Positions 27,885 to 38,578 of a DNA stretch of 64,000 nt are shown piece by piece (position 1 is the stretch's first letter; every line of letters begins with the position of its first letter). The notes beneath the pieces were generated by a model that saw nothing but the letters and a program-made list of their open reading frames with translations, was not told where the DNA came from and did no database searches. This DNA comes from a virus. Its lineage: Duplodnaviria; Caudoviricetes. A program made the position numbers and the translations under genes. The stretch lies in IMG/VR virus record IMGVR_UViG_3300002185_000031, positions 10,628 through 74,627 of that record. The stretch is one strand, 5' to 3'.

Positions 27885-29324
27885 TTATGCCCAATTTATG
27901 CGAATTTTCGCAAATATTGTATCAATGGCATTAACCACATTGAGCGGAATAATCTCCATATCAACCGCTGTAGGGCTGTTTGCGTTTGGCTCTACGCTGA
28001 TATGAGATACATCATGCCCGCTAAATTTTTCCTCTGATTCCATAATCGTAATCAGATTATCCATATCACCCTTGATAAGATTTCGCCCGCGGTCATTATT
28101 TGGTGTGCGCCCTTTATGCTGCGTATCAAAAATAATATGCCAGCGTGTCATAAGGTCATGCAAGGTGCGCTTTGTGCGATTATCCCGCCATTGGATATTT
28201 TTTTCCGGTACAAAACTCACGAATGAATTAACATCACGAAGAACTTTGTAACGCCCATCCCAATTTTCTATGATAGTAAACAGGCTGCGGTCATCTGCAT
28301 CTTGTCTCTGTCTCATGTTCAAATCAGGGCGCACACCTGTAACTTGATTAATTACGTCATTGGTTTGACTATGATTTGCCGCTGCCCCCGCTGAACGCCC
28401 CGCAAAGAGCCTTACAACGTCATCCATTTCAAGCCAATAGTCATTATTTATTTCCAACTCTTGAAAAACAACGTCTAACTGGTCACTATCCATGCCTGTA
28501 TCAGGGTTTTCAAACTCACCCGCCACAATTCCATGACGTTCTTCTTGCAAATCTTCATTGAGCTGACGCAACCATGAACGAAAAGCCACTCTTGCGGCTG
28601 AAAAGCCGTTGTCTTGAGGTGTCATAGCAAGCCCTATAGCGTGCCAGCGTTTTGTGCTTGCCTTGTCTAAAAAGGCTTGCAAGCGGGTATTATAGGCTGG
28701 TATAGTGCCATTATCGCCGCCTTGTAAATTAACTTCGCCTGTTGTAAATTCAACATCTGGGTTGGTTTCGTCATATACAGCATCAATCAGCATATTTTCA
28801 CGCATTAGGGTAGGTAAATGCGCTATGTCATTAATGCGCTGCACATACATCCTCTGCCCCTTGAAAAATGTGGTTATTGTGTGTGATTCGTCTTGTTTAA
28901 CTACATTCACATGAATATAATTTCCTGCCGTGCCGCTTTTCTTGGCTCTCCATGTGATATCTCCCTGCACAGCTTCAGCTTTATCGCCGCCTGTATTTTG
29001 AGGAAATATCAAACCCATGCTTGCACCATATGATTGTCCTGCCAAGTTCCCGCTTGCCATGATCATTAAAAGACTGCGCTGTGTTGCTTTGGCTCGTTCA
29101 TCATCTGGGGCTGTCATTGCTGCCGATACTCCTAATTTGGTTATAGCAAAAGCACTTTGCCATTCTCGGCTGTGGATATCCACAATTTCACCCTCGTTGA
29201 ACCATGTTAGAGGCATCATGTCTATAACTATGCCTCTATCACTCGGAGGCGCAAAAGGGCGTATTTCGGAGCGGATATCAAATATTGTGCCGGGTAAGGT
29301 TTGGCTTATTGGTATTCTTGCCAT
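27885..29324 (-). CDS. Tail sheath protein (XkdK-like)
   Basis: Start MARIP after AAAGGAG; AKKSGTAGNYI, VNLQGGDNG, VLRDVNSF, NRTKRTL, TPNNDRGRNL. Confidence 0.9.
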   Translation of the reverse strand: MARIPISQTLPGTIFDIRSEIRPFAPPSDRGIVIDMMPLTWFNEGEIVDIHSREWQSAFAITKLGVSAAMTAPDDERAKATQRSLLMIMASGNLAGQSYGASMGLIFPQNTGGDKAEAVQGDITWRAKKSGTAGNYIHVNVVKQDESHTITTFFKGQRMYVQRINDIAHLPTLMRENMLIDAVYDETNPDVEFTTGEVNLQGGDNGTIPAYNTRLQAFLDKASTKRWHAIGLAMTPQDNGFSAARVAFRSWLRQLNEDLQEERHGIVAGEFENPDTGMDSDQLDVVFQELEINNDYWLEMDDVVRLFAGRSAGAAANHSQTNDVINQVTGVRPDLNMRQRQDADDRSLFTIIENWDGRYKVLRDVNSFVSFVPEKNIQWRDNRTKRTLHDLMTRWHIIFDTQHKGRTPNNDRGRNLIKGDMDNLITIMESEEKFSGHDVSHISVEPNANSPTAVDMEIIPLNVVNAIDTIFAKIRINWA

Positions 29325-29328
29325 TTTA

Positions 29329-29580
29329 TCACTCCTTTTTAAATGTTTTGAAACTATGCCCTGTAAGAGCTTTGAAAAATTCGTTAATGGTATCAGCATC
29401 AAGTAAATCAGCAGGCAAATTCTCACCAACAGCACAGGAACACTTCTCACATGCAGCATCTTCAACTCCCGCCATCTCATAAATGAGATTTTGCGCATCA
29501 GATAAAAGTTCATTAAGCCGTTCAGCTTTCTCAATCGCAATATCAAGCTCTTTTGTGTCAATCTTAACTTTCATTTCCAT
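29329..29580 (-). CDS. Hypothetical protein
   Basis: GGAGG RBS; occupies the position where neck genes normally lie. Confidence 0.65.
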   Translation of the reverse strand: MEMKVKIDTKELDIAIEKAERLNELLSDAQNLIYEMAGVEDAACEKCSCAVGENLPADLLDADTINEFFKALTGHSFKTFKKE

Positions 29581-29593
29581 AATTATCCTCCAA

Positions 29594-29959
29594 TTATCTA
29601 ACCCACGCTTGGCGCATGGATAAAAAATGCTGTCCATATTTGGTTAATTTCAAACTTGCATAATCCGTAGCGGGGTTTACTGTATCGCTTACAAAGCTGC
29701 GGCTTGCCCCGCCCTCGCTGATACTTGATACTTGCTGACTACCCGCCGCCTCTTCTTCTGCCATCTGTATTAATTTCAGCCTATGAGCGGTTAAATACAC
29801 TACGGCTTGGTCATATAGCTGCCGAAAAGTTGAACGACTGACATAAAGGTGTGTTTCTGTAATCCATTCGCATATTTCGGTATCAGCAATATCCTCAAAT
29901 TCCCTTGCTATACGCCTAAATGTCGGTAATAGGGGGCATAATGGGTCTGGTATTGGCAT
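29594..29959 (-). CDS. Head-tail connector (DUF4054-like)
   Basis: FRRIAREF, AVVYLTAHRL, SSISEGGASRSF, LTKYGQHF. Confidence 0.9.
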   Translation of the reverse strand: MPIPDPLCPLLPTFRRIAREFEDIADTEICEWITETHLYVSRSTFRQLYDQAVVYLTAHRLKLIQMAEEEAAGSQQVSSISEGGASRSFVSDTVNPATDYASLKLTKYGQHFLSMRQAWVR

Positions 29960-29969
29960 AATATCCCTC

Positions 29970-30914
29970 CTAATCTTCGATATAGGGCATATTTATACAT
30001 CTGCATCCCCAATCGCCCTCATCAGGCGCATGTCCACCAGGCCATATATCCTGCCCATCTTTACCTGCTCCTTTTGCGCCTTCTGCCCAGCTGAAAACTC
30101 TACCATGCAATCGTGCGTGGCTTGGACGGACGGCGTTATCTTCCATGGTTAGCCAGACAAACGAATCAATCCCTAAATTGGTCTGTCGAACCTCACACAA
30201 AACCTGATACATCTCATAAGTTTGGTCAACAGCAATGTTTTCAGCTCGTCTTTGTGCTATTTGATAGCACTCATTAACCAAAGCCCCTATTGCGATAAGA
30301 CCAGCCCCAACCCTCACAGCATCCATAATTCTATCTCTCACACGACTGCCATATTCAGGTGCAATAGTTTCAGGCAGAAAATCAAGATTATTTTTCTCAT
30401 ACTCATAAACAATCTGCTCTACACCCTCATTGAGATTATACAAATCAGGCAAAACTCCTGTTTGCTCCAAAATTTCAGTCAGTAAAATGCGCCGCTGAAT
30501 CTCGCTCATTGTCTCGGTAAACTGCCTAACCACATCAGCTATGACTATTGGCTGCCATAGTTCTTCAATAGCCAGCATTGCAGTTTCAATTTCAACTTCA
30601 ATCATGCTAGTATAGCGTTCGAGTAGGCGGCGCATTTCACGACTGGAATTTATTGCTAATTTCTTTTTGCGGGTATCATACTCACGAATAAGCGGTACAA
30701 TCTTATCATGATATGCCGCCATCATAATCTGATGCATCTGGCGGCATATACGCCTTAAAGATTTACCGTATTCATTCTGTATCTTCTCCAATGGGCTGTA
30801 CAACCTCTGTAGATAGGCTCGTTCTACCTCCACGCTTTTTCTGTGCAGGCTCATTTTCTTGTGTCTCTTGCTCTGTATGAGAGGTAACATGCTCATCCCC
30901 TCCATCATCTTCAA
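29970..30914 (-). CDS. MuF / SPP1 gp7-like head morphogenesis protein (start uncertain)
   Basis: RAENIAVDQ, FVWLTMEDNAVRPSHARLHGRVFSW, PG..WGCRC. Confidence 0.9.
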   Translation of the reverse strand: MKMMEGMSMLPLIQSKRHKKMSLHRKSVEVERAYLQRLYSPLEKIQNEYGKSLRRICRQMHQIMMAAYHDKIVPLIREYDTRKKKLAINSSREMRRLLERYTSMIEVEIETAMLAIEELWQPIVIADVVRQFTETMSEIQRRILLTEILEQTGVLPDLYNLNEGVEQIVYEYEKNNLDFLPETIAPEYGSRVRDRIMDAVRVGAGLIAIGALVNECYQIAQRRAENIAVDQTYEMYQVLCEVRQTNLGIDSFVWLTMEDNAVRPSHARLHGRVFSWAEGAKGAGKDGQDIWPGGHAPDEGDWGCRCINMPYIED

Positions 30915-31161
30915 AATCTAAATCAGGGCGTGGAATAAATTTACCGGGGAAGAGTTGCAATTCCCTATTTGTCACGGTTAAAATATCGCCGCTTTTATAT
31001 TTCACAGTACGCCCTTTTTCAAGTCTTGAATGACTTCCAACTACTGAATATTGCATTAAACCACCTGCCTTAATAAACTCTGTAACCCGCCTTGGAGTAT
31101 CATAAGCAGCGAAAACCGCTTTATCTGCAAAACGCATTACAGGATTGTCAAATTTTTGCAA
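30772..31161 (-). CDS. Hypothetical head-region protein (start possibly 31056)
   Basis: YKSGDILTV motif and acidic tail; follows the capsid gene. Confidence 0.55.
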   Translation of the reverse strand: MQKFDNPVMRFADKAVFAAYDTPRRVTEFIKAGGLMQYSVVGSHSRLEKGRTVKYKSGDILTVTNRELQLFPGKFIPRPDLDFEDDGGDEHVTSHTEQETQENEPAQKKRGGRTSLSTEVVQPIGEDTE

Positions 31162-31183
31162 TGAATAATTAAATGGGCTTTGA

Positions 31184-32239
31184 CTACTGCCCCTGAAAGG
31201 ATAAGTGGACTACGCCCATCTCACCATCCTGTCTGCGCTTTAATCTCGGTGCGCCCGCTGTAATTATTCTTGCAATTTCCACCATGCCGCCGCTTGCCTC
31301 CCATTCAATAGGAGCAAGAGGGAATCCTTCCGCCCAATCCACGGTGTTTGATTGCATTTGGACTAATATCATATTGCCATCATCAAGCAAATCATTTTCT
31401 TTAATGGCGTTTATTCTGGTCACGGATTGCATCCAGTCGTTGAGAGTGGCGATAGTGCCGTCTTGGAATCTGCGGAATAGCTCCACGTCATAACCAGCGG
31501 GGATATAGAGATTAAAAGGCCCTCTAAAATGACTTTCTCTTGCACGCCTTAGTGTTTCCAATATCAAAAATTCGGCATTAGTGCCGCCGCTTAGGTGGGG
31601 GGCAAGATTAAAAGGTATGGTTGTATGGTCAACAGTCATTCTGTTGGGGTGGTTGGTGTAGCCATGAACTGCTTTACCCAAAAACTTACCGTCATAGCCA
31701 TGCAAAAGCATTTTTTCGCAAGCAATAGCCACTTGGCGGGCTGCCTCGTCCCAGTTTGCAAGGTCTATGTCTGTACCTTCATTGCGTGTTGCATCCAACA
31801 TTCTCATGGACATTTCGACATCTTTAAAAATAACAGGGATTGGCACTTCGTCCAGTTCAAAATTTACCAAATCTCTGTTGCCCTGTCCTGTTACGTCCAT
31901 AGATACGTTGGCGGGTGACATATCTCCTGCTGTAGACCAACGGCTGATTGTCGAGCCTATACCCGCCAATCTATGTACAAGCCCAGCATCTACTAAGTCC
32001 ATTACAGCAGGCATTTCATATTGAGCAAGCGGGATTATACGTCTATCAACGTCAATCCATTCCTCGGCTGATAGAAGGGCATTATTGACAATTTGCCCAT
32101 TTATAACTTGCGCTGGGGTTCTCAAAGAGCGCAAATCCATAATTTTAGTGCGCGGGTCACGTCTGGCATTGCGGAGCTTACGTCCGCTGCTGCCTCTTAA
32201 TGTGGTGGGGTTGACTATATTTACTGCAAAATTACTCAT
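31184..32239 (-). CDS. Major capsid protein (HK97 fold)
   Basis: 351 aa; VPIPVIFKD, AARQVA..EKMLLHG, GYTNHPNR. Confidence 0.9.
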   Translation of the reverse strand: MSNFAVNIVNPTTLRGSSGRKLRNARRDPRTKIMDLRSLRTPAQVINGQIVNNALLSAEEWIDVDRRIIPLAQYEMPAVMDLVDAGLVHRLAGIGSTISRWSTAGDMSPANVSMDVTGQGNRDLVNFELDEVPIPVIFKDVEMSMRMLDATRNEGTDIDLANWDEAARQVAIACEKMLLHGYDGKFLGKAVHGYTNHPNRMTVDHTTIPFNLAPHLSGGTNAEFLILETLRRARESHFRGPFNLYIPAGYDVELFRRFQDGTIATLNDWMQSVTRINAIKENDLLDDGNMILVQMQSNTVDWAEGFPLAPIEWEASGGMVEIARIITAGAPRLKRRQDGEMGVVHLSFQGQ

Positions 32240-32748
32240 TAAAGCACCTCCATAAGAATAAATGTCGGCTTGCTAGGGTCTGCGGTTGTTGCATCTTCCC
32301 TCGCTATGCCGACTGCGTTTGTGTCGTTTCCGACAATGACAAAACCACTGCCATTAGTTGCAGTGGTCAAAAGCTGTCCTTCACTGATTGCGGCATTGCT
32401 TACCACTCTTACATTCACGCTTGCCCCTCTTGCGGGGTAAATAGCAGGAACTTGGTCGCCATCTTTATAGGTTTCATTTAGTTTATAACCGTTGATTGGT
32501 GAGATATTCAGCACCGCAATAGGTAATCTTGTTGCTCCTGTGGGGGCTTCTACTCGGCTTGTTGCGCCTTGAAAACTACTTGTTGATGGGCTTGAGCCTG
32601 TAAATGGCACTACTACGCTGCCGGGGGTTAGTCCATCAGCAGGTGCGCCGTGTAATATAACGTCACGCTCAATAGTGCGCTCATGTCCGGGCAGTACATT
32701 AATAACATTATATGACGTATTTGCGGTATTGTTTGATATTCTTGGCAT
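32239..32748 (-). CDS. Capsid decoration/cement protein
   Basis: Between protease and capsid; beta-rich, ends AVGIAREDA..ILMEVL. Confidence 0.7.
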   Translation of the reverse strand: MPRISNNTANTSYNVINVLPGHERTIERDVILHGAPADGLTPGSVVVPFTGSSPSTSSFQGATSRVEAPTGATRLPIAVLNISPINGYKLNETYKDGDQVPAIYPARGASVNVRVVSNAAISEGQLLTTATNGSGFVIVGNDTNAVGIAREDATTADPSKPTFILMEVL

Positions 32749-34901
32749 TATTTAACCTCCTTAACACGTTTTGCAAAAGCATCTACTTGAAGCTCCACGC
32801 CGTCATCGCTATTATTTTTCAGAGCCGTTTGCATACCTCTGATACCATAATCAGGCGGAGTTTCCGCACCGATGCTTGCGACAATGTTTTCTAATTGGTC
32901 AAGGTTCATGTTGACAAGATGCTCCTCTTTCCAATTAGCTTTTGATACACTGTTAGTTACGATTGTTGCGATAAGACTTTTCTTATAGGCCGCCTCTTTT
33001 TTGTTGTAAGTACGGATTTTTTCCCGCAATTCGGGGTCGGGGATAGCGTTCACATACTGTTCTGTGGACATTTTTTTTTGTAAAGGCTGACGGCTGTTTC
33101 TTTTAGGCTTGCGGCGTGAAGATTTGCGCTTGTTTGTGCCTAATTTCTTGACAAGCTCATCCTCATCTTCAAACTCATAAGACGGGTCTGTCAAGTCCTC
33201 TGTGTCCATGTTTTGCGCATATTCTTCTTCGTCATATGCGCTGGTGTCATAACCCATTTCAACAGCTTTTTGCTTGCAGTATTCGGCAATTTCTTGTAAG
33301 GTTTCGATTTGCTCATAGCATTTTTCGATAACCTCGGCAAGATACGCCACCGCTTCTTCTTCTGTTGTAGAAGTTTCAACATCGTAATCTACTTTTTCAG
33401 CGATTTCAATTGTGTCAAGCTCTAAGGCATCATAAGCATGTAGATATTCTACTATGCTATCGGGGTCGTACTGCTCCAGATACTCATACAATTCAGCGTA
33501 ATCTTCGTTGTATTCGCCCTCTTCGTTTGAAACAACACGCTTATTTTTTGCAGCTCTGCGCATATCAAGCGTTTTGTTTGCTGCTGGTGGTGCTTTTTTC
33601 TTAAATAGTGGCATTTGTTTGCCCTCCTTTTTTGGTTTTGATGGTGCTGGTTTTTCTTGCTGCGGGGGCTGCTTATCAATATACTGCCGCCCCATTTCTA
33701 CTTGCGTTGCAGTGTTGCCTAATTTCACAGTTCCTCTTTTGCGATCAATGATGTATGGCACTTTATACAGCATTTTGTCCTTTTCAAAAACCGCAAAATC
33801 TTCTGACGTTTCGCTATCAGTATAAATTTCGTTGATAGCTTTGACATCGGGGTGAGTTTGTTTGATTTGGGACAGTAATAAGTCAAACGTCATTATTTGG
33901 GTCTGCCGTGCATTTTGGCGCGATTTACGTTTTGCCGCAACAAAAGAAGTCTCCCTCTTAACCCGTTTTTCTTGTCCCATTAGCCTAATTTTGCCTGTTT
34001 CTTCGTCAATAACGTAGTCATGGCGGTATAGTTTGGGCGTTACAGGGTAAATTTCTTTACCCTCTGAATCAAATTCTCTTTTGCGGTAGACAACAAAAGT
34101 AACTCCCGACTCTTCATCGTGCATTTGAGCATCTATCCAGTTAAAATCAGGGTATTTCTCTTTCAAGAGTGAGTTTAGCACCTCTTGAATGTCGGTTTGA
34201 GCGTTGTTTTTTGGTTTTGACTTGCGGGCTTTGCCCAAACTTGGGAATAACTTTACTATTCTTGTCCACATATACTTTGATATGGGAACAGTGCTGCCAT
34301 CTTCGGTTTGGAGTTTTGGGGGTTTTTGGCGGGAGTTGTTGCGCACGCCGCCGCCATCCTCCCATGAAAATGCTCCTATGTCGCCCGGTAGAAGTGCAAA
34401 ATGATTTGGCAAAATGTAGGATTGTATACCTTGATATTCTTCGCCTTGATAACTTCCATGAATCGGAACACCGTCAATGTTGAAATATCCTGTGCTTACT
34501 TCAAGAGGCGGTTCGCCCTTGACGATTGCATTATACGCCGCCTTGTGGTCGGGGCTTTTATCCTTTTTGGATATATCAAAGTAGATATGACAGCGCAATC
34601 GTTTCTTATCCTCTTCGTACCGAACATTAAAAATGCGCCCTGCCCCATATTTTTCAATCATTTCAGGGCTGTTGGCGCATACTGGATTACCTTGTTCGTC
34701 TACAGGATGATGGACAGTTAGCAGTATACCGTTCCAGCCGTCCGTACTTTTTTTGATTTCGTCAGACGGCAACATTTCTCCATTCAAAACCGCCTCACCA
34801 ACCATAATAGCGTTAGCGCAAATGTAGTCGATACCGTCTACTGTGGCTTTCCATGTTTTTAGCTTTTCGTTGTTGACTACTCCTTTAAAATTTAGTTGCA
34901 A
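32748..34901 (-). CDS. Prohead protease/scaffold (DUF2213-like) with long acidic region
   Basis: WNGILLTVHHP, EVSTGY, PNHFALLP..GAFSWEDGGG. Confidence 0.85.
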   Translation of the reverse strand: MQLNFKGVVNNEKLKTWKATVDGIDYICANAIMVGEAVLNGEMLPSDEIKKSTDGWNGILLTVHHPVDEQGNPVCANSPEMIEKYGAGRIFNVRYEEDKKRLRCHIYFDISKKDKSPDHKAAYNAIVKGEPPLEVSTGYFNIDGVPIHGSYQGEEYQGIQSYILPNHFALLPGDIGAFSWEDGGGVRNNSRQKPPKLQTEDGSTVPISKYMWTRIVKLFPSLGKARKSKPKNNAQTDIQEVLNSLLKEKYPDFNWIDAQMHDEESGVTFVVYRKREFDSEGKEIYPVTPKLYRHDYVIDEETGKIRLMGQEKRVKRETSFVAAKRKSRQNARQTQIMTFDLLLSQIKQTHPDVKAINEIYTDSETSEDFAVFEKDKMLYKVPYIIDRKRGTVKLGNTATQVEMGRQYIDKQPPQQEKPAPSKPKKEGKQMPLFKKKAPPAANKTLDMRRAAKNKRVVSNEEGEYNEDYAELYEYLEQYDPDSIVEYLHAYDALELDTIEIAEKVDYDVETSTTEEEAVAYLAEVIEKCYEQIETLQEIAEYCKQKAVEMGYDTSAYDEEEYAQNMDTEDLTDPSYEFEDEDELVKKLGTNKRKSSRRKPKRNSRQPLQKKMSTEQYVNAIPDPELREKIRTYNKKEAAYKKSLIATIVTNSVSKANWKEEHLVNMNLDQLENIVASIGAETPPDYGIRGMQTALKNNSDDGVELQVDAFAKRVKEVK

Positions 34902-34966
34902 TTTATCACCACCTTTTTTGATATAAAAAAACCGCCTTTTATGGCGGTTTTAGTTTTATGGCTTTT

Positions 34967-35692
34967 TTATATTACTAATGCAATTTGCGATAGCAGCAAT
35001 CGGAATGTTTCCCGTCCTCTGGGAGTTATCAATGTTTGGACACCCGATTTCTCATCTCTCGTCCATTCTTTTAACTTGAATACGCCTTTGTTGACATGGG
35101 GCATATAGGGCTTTATACTGCCTTTTTCATCTCGATAGATGTATTTGTTTTGGGTCAGCCAATCAATAAAATATTTCTGCCCGATTTGGAGTTCTTTGGC
35201 AGTATCTCTGAAATTGGTTAAGAGGTTAGTATCTACGAGTTGGTCAAAGTATTCTGCTTTTGGTTTCATTTCTTGATTTTGCATAGCAAGGCGTTCTTTT
35301 TCTTTTTCGGAGGCAACTAGAGCTTCGAGAGCTTCTATGTAGGTTTGGGGGAGTTGGATTTTAGCTTTTAGCTCCTCTTCCAGTTTATTAATATAAGCAA
35401 GTACAGCCTTTCTAACCAACTTACTTTCTCTAACCAGCACTTGTCTTGATTGTGGTAAAGTTAGCTCAAACATTGGATACATTTGCCCATTTTGTGGGTG
35501 TTTGTAATAGGTCTCCAATAATTCTCGGATACCTATTTCTTCCTCAAACTCGTCACGGATGATATTCAAAAGAGTATCATGTCGAAGTTCCGATTTACCC
35601 TCAATCTCTGCCCGAAACATGTTTATCACTTTGACCAGTTCCAGACTGCTAATCATGCCGCTGCCGTTTGACATTTTGATTAATTCGTTCAT
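34967..35692 (-). CDS. Antirepressor with KilA-C/ANT domain
   Basis: LPQTYIEALEAL..KPKAEYFD..TNFRDTAKEL..TLITPRGR. Confidence 0.9.
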   Translation of the reverse strand: MNELIKMSNGSGMISSLELVKVINMFRAEIEGKSELRHDTLLNIIRDEFEEEIGIRELLETYYKHPQNGQMYPMFELTLPQSRQVLVRESKLVRKAVLAYINKLEEELKAKIQLPQTYIEALEALVASEKEKERLAMQNQEMKPKAEYFDQLVDTNLLTNFRDTAKELQIGQKYFIDWLTQNKYIYRDEKGSIKPYMPHVNKGVFKLKEWTRDEKSGVQTLITPRGRETFRLLLSQIALVI

Positions 35693-35798
35693 TTTATTTC
35701 CTCCAGCATAATGTACTCAAAATCACAAAAACCGCTCTAAAATGCGCCTGCTCGCCAAAGCATGTAGAGACTTCCTATACCGCAAGAGGTGAAAAATG

Positions 35799-37175
35799 TC
35801 AAACCCGATTCCTCCACCGCCGCCAAATTCCCCGAATTTTTTTCTTCTCACTATTCATCCTTATCTCCTGTGGATAATTTGGCAATCCCGCATAAGCTCC
35901 CGCATAATCACCAACACCGCTGTAATTTGTCTCAGGCACTTCCTCGTTCATACCCATATCCTTACGGAACTCCTCCAGTGGGTACACCTCTGTAATATCA
36001 CCGCCTTGTCCGACATATTGCCTAAATGCTTGAATCTTGCGCAAGGCATTTTGTACTTTATCATCTTCCTGCGGCTCTATGAGCGGAGACCATTGCAAAT
36101 CGTACTTGGCTTTGGGGATATATCCATACTGCATCAGCCTGTCAATTAATGGGCAGATAATTAGCTTTTCGGCATCCTCTATCTGTCGCCCCCTAATAGA
36201 GCTTAACCACATATCTTTATCAACGGTACTAGCCAATTGCCCCTGTTCGCTGCCTAACAATATTCTGGTTGGTATAGCGGGTTTTACGCTTGCCCCGATA
36301 AGCTGTAATAGCATATCGGCGGTTTGAGTGGGGTTTGGGGTATGCGTTGGCAGAGCTTGGAACTGTGTACCGCTGGCAACAAGGAAATTCTGGTCACTTC
36401 GTGAAAAAGCCTCTAAGTCATCTTTTATTTCCTGCTTGCCCTGTTCACCCAGATAGAGAGATAGCTGCTCATCAAGCAGGGCGGCGATTTTGGTTTTTGT
36501 CCCCATTGCGTACATTTCGGCTGTACTGCCCATCATCTTGTAAAAATCATGGATATAGTTATATGCTGCTTGGAGCTTAGGTCTGCCGAAAACTGTATTA
36601 TCCACGCAATCTAGGGCAATGTGGATAACTTTTGAATGGTGAACGGTGTAATGCTCTGATGTGTTGCCTGTATTGGCGTTTATTCTGTATGTTTCAGGCA
36701 ATCCATAGCGTTTACTTTTGCGGTTGGTATCGGAGGTTAGTATCTGCGCCTGTTCCTCGCTGTATGCGTGAATTAATCGTATATTTTTGATGCTTGCGCC
36801 ACTCTCTAGGGGTTTATCATATGGCGAGTTTGTGCCTATCACAATGACGGCGTAATGCCCTATACAGGCTAGGGTGTCCACACGCTCGAACAAAGAAAAA
36901 AGATTGTGCTGTTTATCCAAGGCTTTAAAGGCTTGATTTATTTTGGATTCCTCTTGCGGGATATCAGGCTCGAAGATTTCGGGCATACTTCGCCATGTGT
37001 AATCTACTATTGCATCAATTACACGCTTTGCAATGCCTGTGAGCTTATAAGCATACATGTAATCGGCAAAAGTGCGGTTTTCTACATGCCCAAACTCGGC
37101 GGCTAGGGAGCGTATGTCTTTTCGGTTGTATAGTGCGTCATGGATTGCTCTGCGTAGATTTTTGGGGTTTTGCAT
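35799..37175 (-). CDS. Portal protein (DUF1073-like)
   Basis: GIAKRVIDAIVD, YGLPETYRI, VHHSKVIH, IPTRILLGSEQGQLAS. Confidence 0.9.
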   Translation of the reverse strand: MQNPKNLRRAIHDALYNRKDIRSLAAEFGHVENRTFADYMYAYKLTGIAKRVIDAIVDYTWRSMPEIFEPDIPQEESKINQAFKALDKQHNLFSLFERVDTLACIGHYAVIVIGTNSPYDKPLESGASIKNIRLIHAYSEEQAQILTSDTNRKSKRYGLPETYRINANTGNTSEHYTVHHSKVIHIALDCVDNTVFGRPKLQAAYNYIHDFYKMMGSTAEMYAMGTKTKIAALLDEQLSLYLGEQGKQEIKDDLEAFSRSDQNFLVASGTQFQALPTHTPNPTQTADMLLQLIGASVKPAIPTRILLGSEQGQLASTVDKDMWLSSIRGRQIEDAEKLIICPLIDRLMQYGYIPKAKYDLQWSPLIEPQEDDKVQNALRKIQAFRQYVGQGGDITEVYPLEEFRKDMGMNEEVPETNYSGVGDYAGAYAGLPNYPQEIRMNSEKKKIRGIWRRWRNRV

Positions 37176-37224
37176 TTGCCGCCTCCTTTAAAATTTAAAA
37201 TTAAAAAACCGCTTTTTATGGCGG

Positions 37225-38025
37225 TTAAGTTCGTTTAATTTTGTGGTTTAGTATGGTTGTTGCATTCGCATATCCCGGTTTAACTTTGATACCTTGCCGC
37301 ATAAGCTCTCTCGAAAAGCTATTTTTGCCTAGTGGTTGGGTTTTGTTAGCTCTACACCAGATAAGGTAGTATTCAAATGCCAATTTTAAAGGCGTATGAG
37401 TATTGGAGAGTTCTAAGGCATCAGCAACAAACTTGGCTACTGCTACGCCTTGCTGCTCTTTATCGGGGCATATTGGTTTGGCAGAGGTTGGTTTTGTGGT
37501 TTCTATAGGCTCAATCCCCAGCTCTTGCAAAGCATAGGGAAGAGTGGCAGATGTATGACCTTTTAGCATTTTCAATCGCCATTCTTTGCTTGCTTTTAGC
37601 TCTTGCGCCATGTTGTTGAAAGCGTTGATGTAAGCAATTTTGAACTTCAACGCTTTTGCTCCAGAAAAGCCCATCACAAGTAAGGTAAAGCCATCAAATG
37701 TCATTTCATATTCACGTTGTTGTCGATTCATAGAATCTAAATATTCATTTGGGATAAACCATTGGGACAAAGTAATATGTTCTCCAATTTCTTTTGCTTG
37801 TCGCAAAATTCCTTGGTTTTTAGTTATTTTTTTGCTTTCTGTAGATAGGAGGGGATTTCCTCCTATCTTTTCTTTATTTTCGGTATTGCTATCATACCCC
37901 TCAATAGCCCGAATTACTTCTCTATGCTTTTTCTCAAAAACCTCTGCTACTCTACGGCTGTTCGCCACTATCTTATTATTCTTTACTGATAACCCAAACT
38001 CTTCCCTTGCCGCTAATTCGTTCAT
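37225..38025 (-). CDS. rha: Rha antirepressor fused to a D5/primase-type C-terminal wHTH
   Basis: ANSRRVAEVFEKKHREVIRAIE, MTFDGFTLLVMGF; C-terminal AFEYYLIWC..PLGKNSFSREL. Confidence 0.85.
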   Translation of the reverse strand: MNELAAREEFGLSVKNNKIVANSRRVAEVFEKKHREVIRAIEGYDSNTENKEKIGGNPLLSTESKKITKNQGILRQAKEIGEHITLSQWFIPNEYLDSMNRQQREYEMTFDGFTLLVMGFSGAKALKFKIAYINAFNNMAQELKASKEWRLKMLKGHTSATLPYALQELGIEPIETTKPTSAKPICPDKEQQGVAVAKFVADALELSNTHTPLKLAFEYYLIWCRANKTQPLGKNSFSRELMRQGIKVKPGYANATTILNHKIKRT

Positions 38026-38190
38026 AGTATCACCTCACAATATTACTCGAAAACAGAAAACCGCTCTATTATCTACCCTGCCGCCGCATGAGAATACGGT
38101 CGGGGATTGAGTACCCCGAAGGTAGATAATAAAACGGTTTTCTCATTTATCGGCAATACCATTATACCGCAAAAGGTGAGGAAAGTCAAG
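38026..38190 (-). promoter_or_regulatory. Promoter (family B) plus structured leader/attenuator RNA
   Basis: TTGACT-ttcctcaccttttgcgg-TATAAT; long stem with inner hairpin; covaries with 44960-45120. Confidence 0.75.
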
Positions 38191-38196
38191 GGGATT

Positions 38197-38321
38197 TTAG
38201 AAAGTTAGGATTTACCACCGTTGCCACAAATGGCAATGAAGTTGTGCGGTGGAAACGTGTCAGAGGCTATTTGGAAGAGCTTAATATCATCCCCACTTGT
38301 GGGGATGATGAATTTAAAATT
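38197..38321 (+). pseudogene. Antirepressor (BRO-like) N-terminal fragment abutting the IS
   Basis: Reads KLGFTTVATNGNEVVRWKRVRGYLEEL; no start codon or RBS. Confidence 0.45.
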
Positions 38322-38410
38322 CGGAATTATCCCTTGACATAGCTTTTTAACTATGCTATACTGTTGTTTGGTATGGTCTGTACATACACAAAATAATAGG
38401 AGGTTAAACT

Positions 38411-38578
38411 ATGTCAAACAAAGAAATGGCTGTACAACTTTACATTGCATATTTGCAAGCTCATGTAACGGTTGGTACACATCCTAAATCGCAAGGCATT
38501 AACTTACCATCTCAAGATGAAATGGTAAGTTACATTAAAAACCTTGCCGAAAAACTATCAACTATCAAAGACGATTGA
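38411..38578 (+). CDS. IS passenger ORF A (55 aa)
   Basis: GGAGG RBS; driven by TTGACA-N17-TATACT starting in the left TIR. Confidence 0.7.
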   Translation: MSNKEMAVQLYIAYLQAHVTVGTHPKSQGINLPSQDEMVSYIKNLAEKLSTIKDD